A stretch of DNA of 60,678 bases from a virus (IMGVR_UViG_3300032897_000004:1-60678); one strand, 5' to 3'. Positions 27,708-36,829 are shown, counted from the first letter of the stretch. The notes: generated by a model not told the origin, from the sequence alone. Translations and numbers: made by a program.

Positions 27708-28600
27708 CACTCGTCTCCTGTGTGTTCGTCCAGGTCCTGTTCTTCGAGCCACTCGGCGAACTCCTCGGCGCGGTCCGGGCTCGTGATGTTCCACTCGCCG
27801 TTCTTACTGCGCTGTGCGACCTCCTCGGGCTCCATGTCGGGCTGACAGGCGTCGCCCAGGCAGTAGTCGCACTTCTTGGGATTGCATGCCGGGTCGGCCC
27901 CGATGATGACCTTGGGATAGATGCCGCGGGTCTTGCGACCCGAGAACTGCATGGTGCGTGGTAGGATAGGTGGTAGCTCAGGCAGGGCGTCACGGAGGTG
28001 CTCCAATTTGGCCATGCGCTGCACCACCAGCTCGCGGGCCGACTCGTTGTGAGCGACGGCTACCTCGATGGCGGGGATGTCGTGCATGAGGTTGCTTTGG
28101 ATGTAGTAGATAAGTGGTGGTAGGGTGAGTCCGAACGCCTCGTGGACGAACATGTCGTAGGCGATGACCTGCAGCATGTGCTTCGGCTGGGGGTAGACCC
28201 CGGTCTTCTGCAGATACACTACGGTCTTGACGTCGGCGATGCGCAGGCCGCCACCGTAGTTGATGATGGCATCGAAGCGGCCGGTCCAGCCGGGTGGCAG
28301 GAAGCCGCGGAGCGAACACTCTTTCTCGACGAGGATGCCGCCCTCGGCCCAGGCCGCATAGTGCATCTCGTGGAGCTGGTTGGCGAGGAAGAAGAGGAAG
28401 TCCTGCTTGCGCTGCTCCTCGCCGCCCTTCGGGCGAATCGCTGCGCCACTAAGGCGCAGCATAACGGCACGCGGGCACTGTCCAAGGTCAGAGATATGCA
28501 AGGAGTTCTCATCCCAACCGTGAGACTTCGCCTCGTATGCGAGCGCAAGCCTATGAAGGTAGCCTTCCAGAGAAAGGCATACCGAATCAATGTCTGTCAT
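27707..28600 (-). CDS. Cas4-like PD-(D/E)xK exonuclease
   Basis: SDLGQCPR, GRFD, DVKT, Q...Y, and C-terminal C....CDYC....C (4-Cys Fe-S pattern). Confidence 0.85.
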   Translation of the reverse strand: MTDIDSVCLSLEGYLHRLALAYEAKSHGWDENSLHISDLGQCPRAVMLRLSGAAIRPKGGEEQRKQDFLFFLANQLHEMHYAAWAEGGILVEKECSLRGFLPPGWTGRFDAIINYGGGLRIADVKTVVYLQKTGVYPQPKHMLQVIAYDMFVHEAFGLTLPPLIYYIQSNLMHDIPAIEVAVAHNESARELVVQRMAKLEHLRDALPELPPILPRTMQFSGRKTRGIYPKVIIGADPACNPKKCDYCLGDACQPDMEPEEVAQRSKNGEWNITSPDRAEEFAEWLEEQDLDEHTGDE

Positions 28601-28618
28601 CTTACTCCAATAATGACC

Positions 28619-28978
28619 TCACGTGTTGTACCTGATGAAGTGGGCGGGGTTACCGGCCCAAACCTCTCCGGCGGGGATATCCTTGGTGACCACTGAGCCC
28701 GCACCGACGGCTGCTTCGTCGCCGATGCAGCGCACCTGTGGCAGGATGATGGCACGAGCCCCAATGAAGCACCTTCTGCCGATGTCGAGTGGCATTGGCA
28801 TGATGATGCTGCGGTCGAGAAGGTTGTGCTCGTGGGTGATTATCATGGCCTCACGACAGATGGCTGTGCCCTCGCCGACGACGACGTCGGCTGAGATATC
28901 AATGTCTGCCTTGTCTGAGATGTAGGCCGTCTTGTCTGCGTACAGACGTCCACCAAGGTGTTCTTGGTCTTCAATCAT
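28619..28978 (-). CDS. Hexapeptide-repeat (LbH) O-acetyltransferase
   Basis: IGRRCFIGARAIILP...IGDEAAVGAGSVVTKDIP...WAGNPA. Confidence 0.9.
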   Translation of the reverse strand: MIEDQEHLGGRLYADKTAYISDKADIDISADVVVGEGTAICREAMIITHEHNLLDRSIIMPMPLDIGRRCFIGARAIILPQVRCIGDEAAVGAGSVVTKDIPAGEVWAGNPAHFIRYNT

Positions 28979-28984
28979 GTCTCT

Positions 28985-29350
28985 TTATAGCCTTCCCTCG
29001 TGAAGCGCTTTGTGGTGTCCACGACAAAGCCATCTCACCTCTAGCGGCTTGCTGTAGTCGTCGTGATGTTTCTCTGCCTTGGCACCACAAATCTCGCATG
29101 GTTGTGGGATAAGCTTGCCATCTCGCACAGCATTATTTGCTGTGTAGTTGGCGACGATGGCTGGTGTTCCCTTGCGCTTCTGGTAACGCTTGGCTTCGCT
29201 ACGCCGCACTGCTTCTGGGTCGCGACGGGCTACAGCGGCACGCCGTTCTTCTGGCGTCAGCTTCTGGTACCAGCCACGATGATACTCACGATGTTTGCAC
29301 TTAGGGCACACACCGCAGGTGCAAGTAACTGGTCTACCTCGCTTTGCCAT
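28985..29350 (-). CDS. HNH-like endonuclease
   Basis: CEICG...HHDDYSKPLEVRWLCRGHH. Confidence 0.8.
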   Translation of the reverse strand: MAKRGRPVTCTCGVCPKCKHREYHRGWYQKLTPEERRAAVARRDPEAVRRSEAKRYQKRKGTPAIVANYTANNAVRDGKLIPQPCEICGAKAEKHHDDYSKPLEVRWLCRGHHKALHEGRL

Positions 29351-29363
29351 GTGTTACATAATC

Positions 29364-30023
29364 CTAGAACGGGATATCCAGGTCCTCACTGCCAATCTCC
29401 ATGGCGGTGACGGGCTGCTGCACGACGGGCTGCTGCACAACAGGGGCCTGCACGACGGGGGCCTGTACGGGTGCCTGCTGGACCTGCTGGGCCATCTGCT
29501 GCTCGACCTGGGCGACCTGCTGCGGCGCGGCCTGCTGCGGCCCCGCGGCGAACTTGTCGAAACCCTTCGCGAGACGGATGACGGCCTGACCGGCGACGCC
29601 GAGCGGGTCGGTGCCAAGGTCAAGCTTGCCCGCGGTGATGAGGGCTGATACCACACGACCGGCATGCTGCATCGCGTTCTCACGACGGATGACGCCATCG
29701 TCGGCCTGACCGCCACCGCCACCGCCGTTGTTGTTGAACTGGCGCTCGGGGCGCAGGGCGAGCGGACCGGGGGTCAGCACCTGCAGGACGTTCGTGATGT
29801 TGCGGTAGACGATGTTGTTTGCACCCTGCTGGACCTCGACCTCGGCGTTGATGACCGTGGCCTGCTTGATGGTCTCCCAGAGGTTGTTGTGGTAGTTGTC
29901 GATGGTGTAGCTGAGGGCGTTGCCCTTACCATCAAGCTTTGCTGCGTCGCGCACCACCATGTACGGATACCCCTTCGAGTTAGTCCGCATCTGGTAGTCC
30001 TTGAGCGAGATAACTTCTGCCAT
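29364..30023 (-). CDS. ssb: Single-stranded DNA-binding protein
   Basis: OB-fold-like N-terminus, QAPV low-complexity linker, acidic tail EDLDIPF; ATG 30023 after SD gaaggag. Confidence 0.7.
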   Translation of the reverse strand: MAEVISLKDYQMRTNSKGYPYMVVRDAAKLDGKGNALSYTIDNYHNNLWETIKQATVINAEVEVQQGANNIVYRNITNVLQVLTPGPLALRPERQFNNNGGGGGGQADDGVIRRENAMQHAGRVVSALITAGKLDLGTDPLGVAGQAVIRLAKGFDKFAAGPQQAAPQQVAQVEQQMAQQVQQAPVQAPVVQAPVVQQPVVQQPVTAMEIGSEDLDIPF

Positions 30024-30080
30024 ACGCTCTCCTTCGTTGGATGTAATAACAGTGTAACACACAGCGGAGAGCGCGGGACA

Positions 30081-30113
30081 AAGAAAAGCCCCCCGCCCGG
30101 CGGGACGGGGGGC
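30081..30113 (-). terminator. Rho-independent terminator
   Basis: gccccccgtcccgccgggcggggggc followed by ttttctt on the minus strand. Confidence 0.8.
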
Positions 30114-30140
30114 AGTTAGGCGGTTGGGTGTGGGGTGTTC

Positions 30141-30626
30141 TTAGCTGGCCTGCTCCTCTTCTGCACCTTCGGTCTCCTCGGTGATGAGGACCGGCACGAC
30201 AACGGTGACGGCTCCCTTCAAGAGCATGATGGTCCCGAAGGTGCGTCCGAAGGCGACTTCGAGCTTCTCACGTTCGCTGGCGCTGGGCAGGCGCTGGCCA
30301 CGCTCGATGAGCGAGAGCGTCGGGTAGGAGATACCGACCTCTTCGGCCACTGCCCTCACCGACCCGCGGGCCTCGCGGGCGCTGCGCAGGGCCTCTACGG
30401 TACCCTTCGCTGCGAGCCCGAGCTTGAAGGCCGGGTCGGCGTCTTCAGACTGCGCGGGCTCCTCTTCCTCGACAGTCTGCTGGAGCTGGAGGTCGGCGAT
30501 GTCCTTGCCGAGACGGTCGTAGAACGACGCCAGCTCATCGCGGTCCTTCTGGAGACGCCCAATCAGCTCTCCAGGTCCAGCAACAGCGCGGGACTTGAGG
30601 TACTCGGCTGCGGTGTTTCCAGACAT
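30141..30626 (-). CDS. Coiled-coil plus XRE-type HTH protein
   Basis: LRSAREARGSVRAVAEEVGISYPTLSLIERGQRLPS. Confidence 0.8.
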   Translation of the reverse strand: MSGNTAAEYLKSRAVAGPGELIGRLQKDRDELASFYDRLGKDIADLQLQQTVEEEEPAQSEDADPAFKLGLAAKGTVEALRSAREARGSVRAVAEEVGISYPTLSLIERGQRLPSASEREKLEVAFGRTFGTIMLLKGAVTVVVPVLITEETEGAEEEQAS

Positions 30627-31948
30627 TGCTTGTGGTCTCCCTCTTCGAGATAGCTTGCCGACACGTCGGTAAACTTGGTCAGATGGCGGTCGAAGTGTAA
30701 ACCTGCTACCCCCACCGGACCGAATCTGTTCTTTGCGATGATGCAGCTCACAAACGACGACAACGGGTCCTCCGGGTCTGGCCAGAGGAAGCAGACGACG
30801 TCCGCGTCCTGCTCAATCGCTCCGCTCTCTCGCAGGTCTGAGAGTTGCGGCTTCTTGTCCTTCCGCGCCTCCACTTCGCGATTCAGCTGCGAGATGGCTA
30901 AGATGGGGACTCCCATGTCCTTAGCCAGCCCCTTGAAGCTGCGGCTGAGGTTCGCTACCTCACGCTCGCGGCTTTCCACTCTTGTCGCAGTATCATACTG
31001 CATCAGCTGCACATAATCAACAATGACAAGGGCGACGTGCTGCTTGGCCGCAAACTGCTTCACAACGGCCCGCATCTGCGGAAAGGTCAGGTGGGCGTTG
31101 TCGTCGATGTAGAACGGCACGCTCTCCATCTCCTGCGTTGCGCTGCAGACCCGCTGCAACTCGTCAGAAGATACGTTACCACTTCTGAGAGATTGCGAAA
31201 CAACTCCCGACGAACTGGAGGCAACGCGGTCAATCAGCTCGCTTTTCGACATTTCGAGGCTGAAGAAGAGTACCGCCCCATCTCCCGAGAGGGCGACTCT
31301 CTTCGCGATGTCGAGCGCTAACGATGTCTTGCCGACGCCGGGTCGGGCCGCCAGCACATAGACAAGGGATGGGGAGAAGCCAACCAGATAGTGGTCAATG
31401 CCATGGAAGCCACTGGAGACGTGCTCCATGCCGAAGTCGGGTTCACCGAGGTGGGCATAGTGCTCCCGTGCAATGGTGTCGAAGCGCTGCATCTCACTGT
31501 CGTGGGCCGTCTCACCAATGGAGAGGATGTCGCGCTCCAGACTGCCCAACAGGTCCGTGGCGGAGAGTCTGCCGTCCTGAATCTCTCGCAGCGCACGCTG
31601 CGAGGCGTCGGAGATATGACGCACTGCGGCCATGTCCCGCACCGCGGCGATGTAACGCTCGGCGTTCTGGGGTTCATAGACCTGCAGAACGAGATGTTCG
31701 AGGAAGGCATGTCCGCCCACTTCCTCCAGCTGGCCGCGGGTCGCAAGCTCGCTGCCCACCGTGATGGGTTCGACCGTACCATGCTCGAAAACGGCAGCGG
31801 CTGCGTCGAAGATGAGACGATGGGCGGGGCGCTGAAAGTCCGTGGCGCTGAGGCGGCGGATGACTGTTGCGGCATCATAGCCCAGGAGGATACCCATGAC
31901 GGCCTCTTCGGCTCTGATGTCGGCGATGAGCTGTTCGTTCTCTTCCAT
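30563..31948 (-). CDS. dnaB: Replicative DNA helicase
   Basis: AARPGVGKT, FFSLEM, IVDYVQL, SQLNR, DLRESGAIEQDAD, KNRFG. Confidence 0.97.
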   Translation of the reverse strand: MEENEQLIADIRAEEAVMGILLGYDAATVIRRLSATDFQRPAHRLIFDAAAAVFEHGTVEPITVGSELATRGQLEEVGGHAFLEHLVLQVYEPQNAERYIAAVRDMAAVRHISDASQRALREIQDGRLSATDLLGSLERDILSIGETAHDSEMQRFDTIAREHYAHLGEPDFGMEHVSSGFHGIDHYLVGFSPSLVYVLAARPGVGKTSLALDIAKRVALSGDGAVLFFSLEMSKSELIDRVASSSSGVVSQSLRSGNVSSDELQRVCSATQEMESVPFYIDDNAHLTFPQMRAVVKQFAAKQHVALVIVDYVQLMQYDTATRVESREREVANLSRSFKGLAKDMGVPILAISQLNREVEARKDKKPQLSDLRESGAIEQDADVVCFLWPDPEDPLSSFVSCIIAKNRFGPVGVAGLHFDRHLTKFTDVSASYLEEGDHKQCLETPQPSTSSPALLLDLES

Positions 31949-31960
31949 ACAGACTCCAAA

Positions 31961-31987
31961 CCCGGGGCGGGAAGACCCCGCCCCGGG
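31961..31987 (-). terminator. GC-rich hairpin between the holin-like gene and dnaB
   Basis: cccggggcggg...cccgccccggg followed by ttt. Confidence 0.6.
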
Positions 31988-32015
31988 CGTTCACACCGGT
32001 CCGCTAGCTCGGTGG

Positions 32016-32474
32016 TTACTCTGCTTCAGGCGGCTCAGACTCTCCGCAATCGCAATCGCAGAAGTCGTCCCCGCAACCCTCAAGGAGGATGTCGAACGCA
32101 CTCTTGCGCCCGACGCCATAGGTCACGTTAGTCGGCGACAGCCAGTTATAGGCGGCGACGATAGCGGCAGCGATAGCAGCGCCGAGGATGGCCTTCCAAT
32201 CGCCCGCGCCAAGGTTCAGGACGTGCGAGCCCATGGTAACGAGCTGGCCAAGTGCGGTGCCGATAAAGACCAACAGGAGGTCGGTCTCCAGGTCAACCGC
32301 CTTCAGGCTCATCACGTACTTGTATGCGGCCACGACCACGGCAGCGATACCGGCGGCGACGACTGCTCGCCACTGGGTCGCACCGAGGGTCAAGACGCTT
32401 CCACCATAGGTAGCCGCGGCGGCCAGACAGGCAGCAATGAAGACCTTGAGCAACTGCTCGATTTCGTACTTCAT
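32016..32474 (-). CDS. Holin-like membrane protein with internal duplication
   Basis: Two copies of LLxVFI...VLxLGA..WxA...A.IAA..VAAY; Cys/acidic tail. Confidence 0.55.
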   Translation of the reverse strand: MKYEIEQLLKVFIAACLAAAATYGGSVLTLGATQWRAVVAAGIAAVVVAAYKYVMSLKAVDLETDLLLVFIGTALGQLVTMGSHVLNLGAGDWKAILGAAIAAAIVAAYNWLSPTNVTYGVGRKSAFDILLEGCGDDFCDCDCGESEPPEAE

Positions 32475-32788
32475 GTTTCACCTCCTTCTCGGTCGTCGTT
32501 TGTTAGTAGAGGTTGCGCGGTATCCGGCCAGATGCCGGAGCTGTGGGCATACGTGTAGACTCGTTCTTCGACGAATTCGTACGTCGCATCGGACTGGTTC
32601 GGGCAGTTGATGGGGTGCACATCGGGGGGAAGCTTCTGGTACCACTGCGCCATCATCGGGGCCGTCTCCTCAGTCGGCACACCGATGAAGCCCTTGTGGA
32701 AGGGACTGCGGATGATGTAGAGGACGTCGTTGCCGTCCTGTTCTAACACCCAGACCTGCGGATTGATGCGCCTGTAGGAACACTCCAT
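32471..32788 (-). CDS. Hypothetical protein
   Basis: Coupled to the next gene (ATGA overlap). Confidence 0.6.
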   Translation of the reverse strand: MECSYRRINPQVWVLEQDGNDVLYIIRSPFHKGFIGVPTEETAPMMAQWYQKLPPDVHPINCPNQSDATYEFVEERVYTYAHSSGIWPDTAQPLLTNDDREGGET

Positions 32789-32864
32789 ATGTTACCCCGG
32801 GCGGCGGCCCGACGGGAGACCGTGTCGGCGAGGAGGAGATTGGCCGCCGCCCAGAGTAACAGTA

Positions 32865-33089
32865 TCACAGACCGTTTACGTAACGGCTGTGAGCCTCAGT
32901 GATGACGTCTGACTCGCGTTCGATGAAGGAGTCGAGGTCTTCGCGAGTGACGAAGCGCAGTGCGCCCCCCTGACGGACGCTCGGCAGCATGCTCCTGCTG
33001 CCGCTTTCCACCGTGCACCAGCGGTACACCGTGTCAGCGTCAACACCGAGTTCGTCTGCTACATCTCTTATTGTAAGGAAGGTGGTCAC
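32865..33089 (-). CDS. Excisionase-like HTH (HTH_17/MerR-like) DNA-binding protein
   Basis: FLTIRDVADELGVDADTVYRW...LPSVR.GG..RFVTREDLDSFI. Confidence 0.8.
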   Translation of the reverse strand: MTTFLTIRDVADELGVDADTVYRWCTVESGSRSMLPSVRQGGALRFVTREDLDSFIERESDVITEAHSRYVNGL

Positions 33090-34030
33090 GTTGCCTTCTT
33101 TGTTAACTCGTCAAGCCAATCGGTCCCCGGCACTGAGGGGATGACCGATTCTACCATGACCCCTACCGCCTCCAGCCGCCTGCGGGCACGCGCACCCGCC
33201 CGCTGGCCGACCATGTTGACATCATTGTCAAGCCAGAGGTAGAGGGTCTTGATGCCGGGCGGCGGCTCGATGTTCTCGACGCCGTAGGCGCTCACGGCCG
33301 CGATGGTGGTGCGGTTGGTCGACTCCTGCACGGCGATGCCCGTCTCGATGCCCTCGGTGACGTTCAGGGCATAGTGGTCCTTGACCGGCCCGAGACGCAC
33401 GGCTGCGCCGCGCGTAGCGCCGTCGACCACCGGCCGCGTCATCTTCTTGGGGTGCGAGACCCCGGCCTTGCCGGAGCCCACGTTCGAGAGGTAGATGCGC
33501 TGGATGGCGACCACCTCGCCGCTCGGGGCCTGCACGGGCGCGAGGATGGCGGGGAAGTTGCCGATGAGCTGGTTGTCCTCATAGTAGGCTAGCGAGGGGT
33601 GCAATCTCAGCGAGGGCGGCACGACCCCGGAGAGCCCGCGCGTCTGCAGGTACTCGCTGATGCGCCCGGTGTCGGGCACGGCCTGCTTCCAGAGGGTGGC
33701 GATGTAGTCGGCGTTGACCGGCGTCTCGTCGTGCCAGCTGTCGTCCAATCCTAGCGCCTCTGAGACGCTGTGGAGCGTCTGGGCGAAGTCCCAGTCGTTC
33801 AGCCACTGAAGCAGCGCCAGACCGTCTGAGAACGAGCCACAGGTGGCGCATATCGCGCCGCCCGTGTCCTCGAAGTCTTTGAACACGCGAAAGCCGTCCT
33901 TGCCGCCGTGGCGCGGACAGGGGCCATGCTTGCCCCTGACGATGGCGTCGGTCGCCTGCGGCGCAAGCTGCAGGATGAGGCCGGTCCAACGGCCGCGGGC
34001 CGCCTCCTTTACTATTGCTGCGTCTTGCAT
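33086..34030 (-). CDS. DNA primase (P4-alpha-type Zn-binding domain plus Toprim)
   Basis: HGPCPRHGGKDGFR...ICATCG; YLQTRG; VTEGIET; WLDND; GTDW; ATG 34030. Confidence 0.9.
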   Translation of the reverse strand: MQDAAIVKEAARGRWTGLILQLAPQATDAIVRGKHGPCPRHGGKDGFRVFKDFEDTGGAICATCGSFSDGLALLQWLNDWDFAQTLHSVSEALGLDDSWHDETPVNADYIATLWKQAVPDTGRISEYLQTRGLSGVVPPSLRLHPSLAYYEDNQLIGNFPAILAPVQAPSGEVVAIQRIYLSNVGSGKAGVSHPKKMTRPVVDGATRGAAVRLGPVKDHYALNVTEGIETGIAVQESTNRTTIAAVSAYGVENIEPPPGIKTLYLWLDNDVNMVGQRAGARARRRLEAVGVMVESVIPSVPGTDWLDELTKKAT

Positions 34031-34461
34031 CCGAACAGCCCCATCTCGGTGAGGGTCTCGTAGCAGGCGGTGATGGTGGGCACACACTGGGGCTCGTAGC
34101 GCTGGCAGCGTCGCAGGGCGTATTCCTCGGGGATGGCGTAGGCCGTATAGAGCGTCGCCGCCGTCAGGAAGAAATCCTCAGTGTGCGACCGGTAGACGAG
34201 GCAGCCCTCCGGGCGCTCGCAGGGGACGGCGAGGTGGGTTATCTCGTGAATCACCACAAGTGCAAGGTCGTAGGGGTCGTCACCGGGTTCGATGACGATA
34301 GTGTCGTCGGCGAGCAGCTCGCCGTGGCTGCAGTGGTCGTCGATGTGCCACGCACGATAGGCGCTTTCGGAGACCTTGCCGACCCGTACCTTCGGGGCGG
34401 GAATCTCCAGCGCCTCGGCCACCTCCTGGGCGAGGCTGTTGAGCATCTCCGCAACTGACAT
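34012..34461 (-). CDS. Zincin-like (HExxH) metalloprotein
   Basis: VVIHEITHL...HTEDF; ATG 34461. Confidence 0.6.
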   Translation of the reverse strand: MSVAEMLNSLAQEVAEALEIPAPKVRVGKVSESAYRAWHIDDHCSHGELLADDTIVIEPGDDPYDLALVVIHEITHLAVPCERPEGCLVYRSHTEDFFLTAATLYTAYAIPEEYALRRCQRYEPQCVPTITACYETLTEMGLFGCKTQQ

Positions 34462-34499
34462 TGCTACCCCCCGTGGAGCTTCAGGACCTTGCCACCATA

Positions 34500-34751
34500 T
34501 CACTCGACCGGGACGGAAACCACGTTGCGGTCACCAATCCAGGCCGTCATCTGCTCCTCCGGTCCCCACCAGCACTGGACGCCCCAGAGCACGGTGCCGT
34601 CGTCCAGCACGATTTTCGGATTGTTCACCGGCAGCGGCAAAAGGTCACAGGGTTCATCACCGACGTAGACGCCATGGCCGAAGACGTTCACCGTCGTGTC
34701 GTCGGCGTCGCGACAAGCGATGACGCGGGTGCCGGGTTCCGTTGATGCCAT
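34500..34751 (-). CDS. Conserved hypothetical phage protein
   Basis: FGHGVYVGD...NPKIVLDDG..LWG.QCWW; ATG 34751 with SD ggaggg. Confidence 0.7.
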   Translation of the reverse strand: MASTEPGTRVIACRDADDTTVNVFGHGVYVGDEPCDLLPLPVNNPKIVLDDGTVLWGVQCWWGPEEQMTAWIGDRNVVSVPVE

Positions 34752-34824
34752 GTTTCCCTCCACAAGTGACAGAGGGGCGGCGACCCCAGTATCGGATGTC
34801 GCCGCCCCGATGACTGACACTACC

Positions 34825-34852
34825 ATTATAACGGTAGCCCAGTCCCTGTCAA
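34825..34852 (-). promoter_or_regulatory. Consensus sigma-70/SigA promoter TTGACA-N16-TATAAT
   Basis: Read directly; followed by a ggggcggcgac/gtcgccgcccc hairpin at 34774-34808. Confidence 0.75.
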
Positions 34853-34857
34853 CATGC

Positions 34858-35586
34858 TCAGTACCAGCCGTAGGCCAGTTCGTGCGCCCATGCGGCTACT
34901 GGCGACCCGTAGCTGCTGCGGATATAACTGATGCCCCAGCGAATCTGGGTCGCGGCGTTCCGCGCCCAGTCCGCACCTGCGGCAGCCATCTTGCTGCCGG
35001 GCAACGCTTGCGGGATGCCATAGGCACCACTGCTGCTGTTGCAGGCGTTGGGGTTCCAGTTACTCTCGCGCATCCACAGGCTGTAGAGCGCATTCCACTG
35101 CGCTCCGACCCAGCCGCAGGCAGCGGCCAACGCATGGCCGATGGCGAGGGGTGAGCCAGAGACGGCGGCGCAGATGCCGCGATGGGCACGAGCTGCCCTT
35201 GCGCGGGCCTCTCTCGCGAGCTTGTTTGTCAGCCGAGCATAGCGGCCAGCCAGCGAGCGATAGTGCATTCCCGCGTGCTTCCAAGCCGCGGTCGAGGCGT
35301 ATGTGCCAAGAAGGTGGGGCAGTCGCGCTACATGCCTGTAGCGCAGTAGGCGATGGCGATTAGCCGTAGCCTGACGATGCCAGCCCTTGGCCCACTCGAC
35401 CCAAGCGTGGTTCGGAAGCGGTCTGGTGAGCTGCGACGTTAAGAACGTCGGGTGCGCCGTAGCGAGCGTGAAAACGACCGGTTCAGCCGCTGCGTTCGCA
35501 CTGGGAGGGTTGTCAGCCGCGATAGAAACGGCTGAGACGATAGCCAGCAAGATGAAGACGGCTATCGTCACCATTAGGCGGGACAT
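34858..35586 (-). CDS. Secreted lytic transglycosylase (SLT / lysozyme-like)
   Basis: Signal peptide; QW.AL..LW.RESNWNP.A.N.SSGAYGIPQALP.SKM...N..TQI.WG..YI...YGSP..AW......WY. Confidence 0.9.
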   Translation of the reverse strand: MSRLMVTIAVFILLAIVSAVSIAADNPPSANAAAEPVVFTLATAHPTFLTSQLTRPLPNHAWVEWAKGWHRQATANRHRLLRYRHVARLPHLLGTYASTAAWKHAGMHYRSLAGRYARLTNKLAREARARAARAHRGICAAVSGSPLAIGHALAAACGWVGAQWNALYSLWMRESNWNPNACNSSSGAYGIPQALPGSKMAAAGADWARNAATQIRWGISYIRSSYGSPVAAWAHELAYGWY

Positions 35587-35780
35587 CCTAGACGAAGTCC
35601 AGCTTGAGGAACATGGCTTCTCCTTTCGGTTGGCCCTGTCTGGCCACACACAAGGTACGAAGCGACGTCACTTCGTTACTCATCCTTGACCTGCACCCAG
35701 GTATCGGTACCGCTGGCCACTCAGCACCTCTACCATCGGCAGGCCAAGGTCAAGTCGGCCTTGCCTGTGCGACCGTTGTT

Positions 35781-35803
35781 AAAGCGCCCGCCATACGGCG
35801 GGC
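35781..35803 (-). terminator. Hairpin after the NlpC/P60 gene
   Basis: gcccgcc-gtat-ggcgggc then gcttt. Confidence 0.55.
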
Positions 35804-35820
35804 ACATGTTATGTTACCCC

Positions 35821-36624
35821 CTACCGTCCAAGATGGCAAGCGCTTGACGGTGAACCCACGTTGTCAATGCGCACGACCGCCCCGGTGTAGGGTGCATCAA
35901 TCATTTCGCCGCCACCGATGTAGATGCCGACATGGTAGGCGGGATAGCCAAAGAACACGAGGTCGCCAGGACTGAGGCCGCTCAGCGACACGCCCGCACC
36001 TGCGACCTGCTGCGCCGAGGCGAGATGCGGAAGGCTGATGCCGAAGTGGCCGAAGACGTAGGCGACGAGGCCGGAGCAATCGAAGCCGCCGGGCGATTCG
36101 CCACCCCAGACGTAGGGGACGCCGAGGAAGTTCTTGGCATAGGCGACAATCTCTTGGCCGAAGCTACGATACTCCTGCTGCAGCCGACGTATCACCCGCG
36201 CATAGAGCTTGGAGTACAGCTTGGCGTAACGATGGGCGAGCCTACGATAACGCATGCCAACGCGCTTCCAGGCGGTGGTCGAAGCCGATTTGCGGGGCAG
36301 ACGAGGAAGGGTCGCTACACGAGCGAAGTGCAGCACGGCGTGACGGTTCCGGCACGCCTGACAGTGCCACCCCTTGGCCCATCTGACCCAATGGGTGTCG
36401 GTCTTTGGTTTGTCTGGTTTGCCGAGCATCACTGCCACCGAGTAGGTGGGGTGCATCGGCGAGTACACAACGTCAACCGCTGGCGGTAGCTCGGCCTTTT
36501 GTGTCACACTGGCCGAGACTATCGGCACAATGGCAAGCAGCAGAAAGACGCCGACTGCAGCGAGCAACCGCGGTAGACGGCTTGGGGTACGCTTGAGGTG
36601 ACGCCACCGTTTCCGTTTCTCCAT
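35821..36624 (-). CDS. Secreted NlpC/P60 peptidoglycan endopeptidase
   Basis: LGVPYVWGGESPGGFDCSGL...GDLVFF...HVGIYIG; N-terminal signal/TM segment. Confidence 0.95.
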   Translation of the reverse strand: MEKRKRWRHLKRTPSRLPRLLAAVGVFLLLAIVPIVSASVTQKAELPPAVDVVYSPMHPTYSVAVMLGKPDKPKTDTHWVRWAKGWHCQACRNRHAVLHFARVATLPRLPRKSASTTAWKRVGMRYRRLAHRYAKLYSKLYARVIRRLQQEYRSFGQEIVAYAKNFLGVPYVWGGESPGGFDCSGLVAYVFGHFGISLPHLASAQQVAGAGVSLSGLSPGDLVFFGYPAYHVGIYIGGGEMIDAPYTGAVVRIDNVGSPSSACHLGR

Positions 36625-36641
36625 TCCGCATGACTCTCCTC

Positions 36642-36794
36642 TCAGTAGGACTTCGTCTTCGGCCGGTGCTTGCGCCGGGCCTTCTTGGCGGCCTTGCGTT
36701 CAGCGTCTCGCTGCGCCAGCTGCTTGAAGTAGTTTTTGCTGTCGTGCGGCTGCTTACCGGTCTTGAACGACGTAATCCCCTTCAGCGGTTTCAT
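36642..36794 (-). CDS. Small basic protein, 50 aa (MKPLKGITSFKTG...RRKHRPKTKSY)
   Basis: Strong SD aaggaggagg; below the ORF-track cutoff. Confidence 0.7.
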   Translation of the reverse strand: MKPLKGITSFKTGKQPHDSKNYFKQLAQRDAERKAAKKARRKHRPKTKSY

Positions 36795-36829
36795 GCCTCC
36801 TCCTTTCCTAGTATAGCCGGAGTGGTAAT

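Noticed and set aside
32865-33089. Integration module
   Set aside because: Excisionase-like HTH only; no integrase or att site seen, so lifestyle cannot be called
35640-35780. c-di-GMP-I or c-di-AMP riboswitch, or hammerhead ribozyme
   Set aside because: Only superficial similarity; consensus cores could not be matched by eye, so kept as an unassigned structured leader
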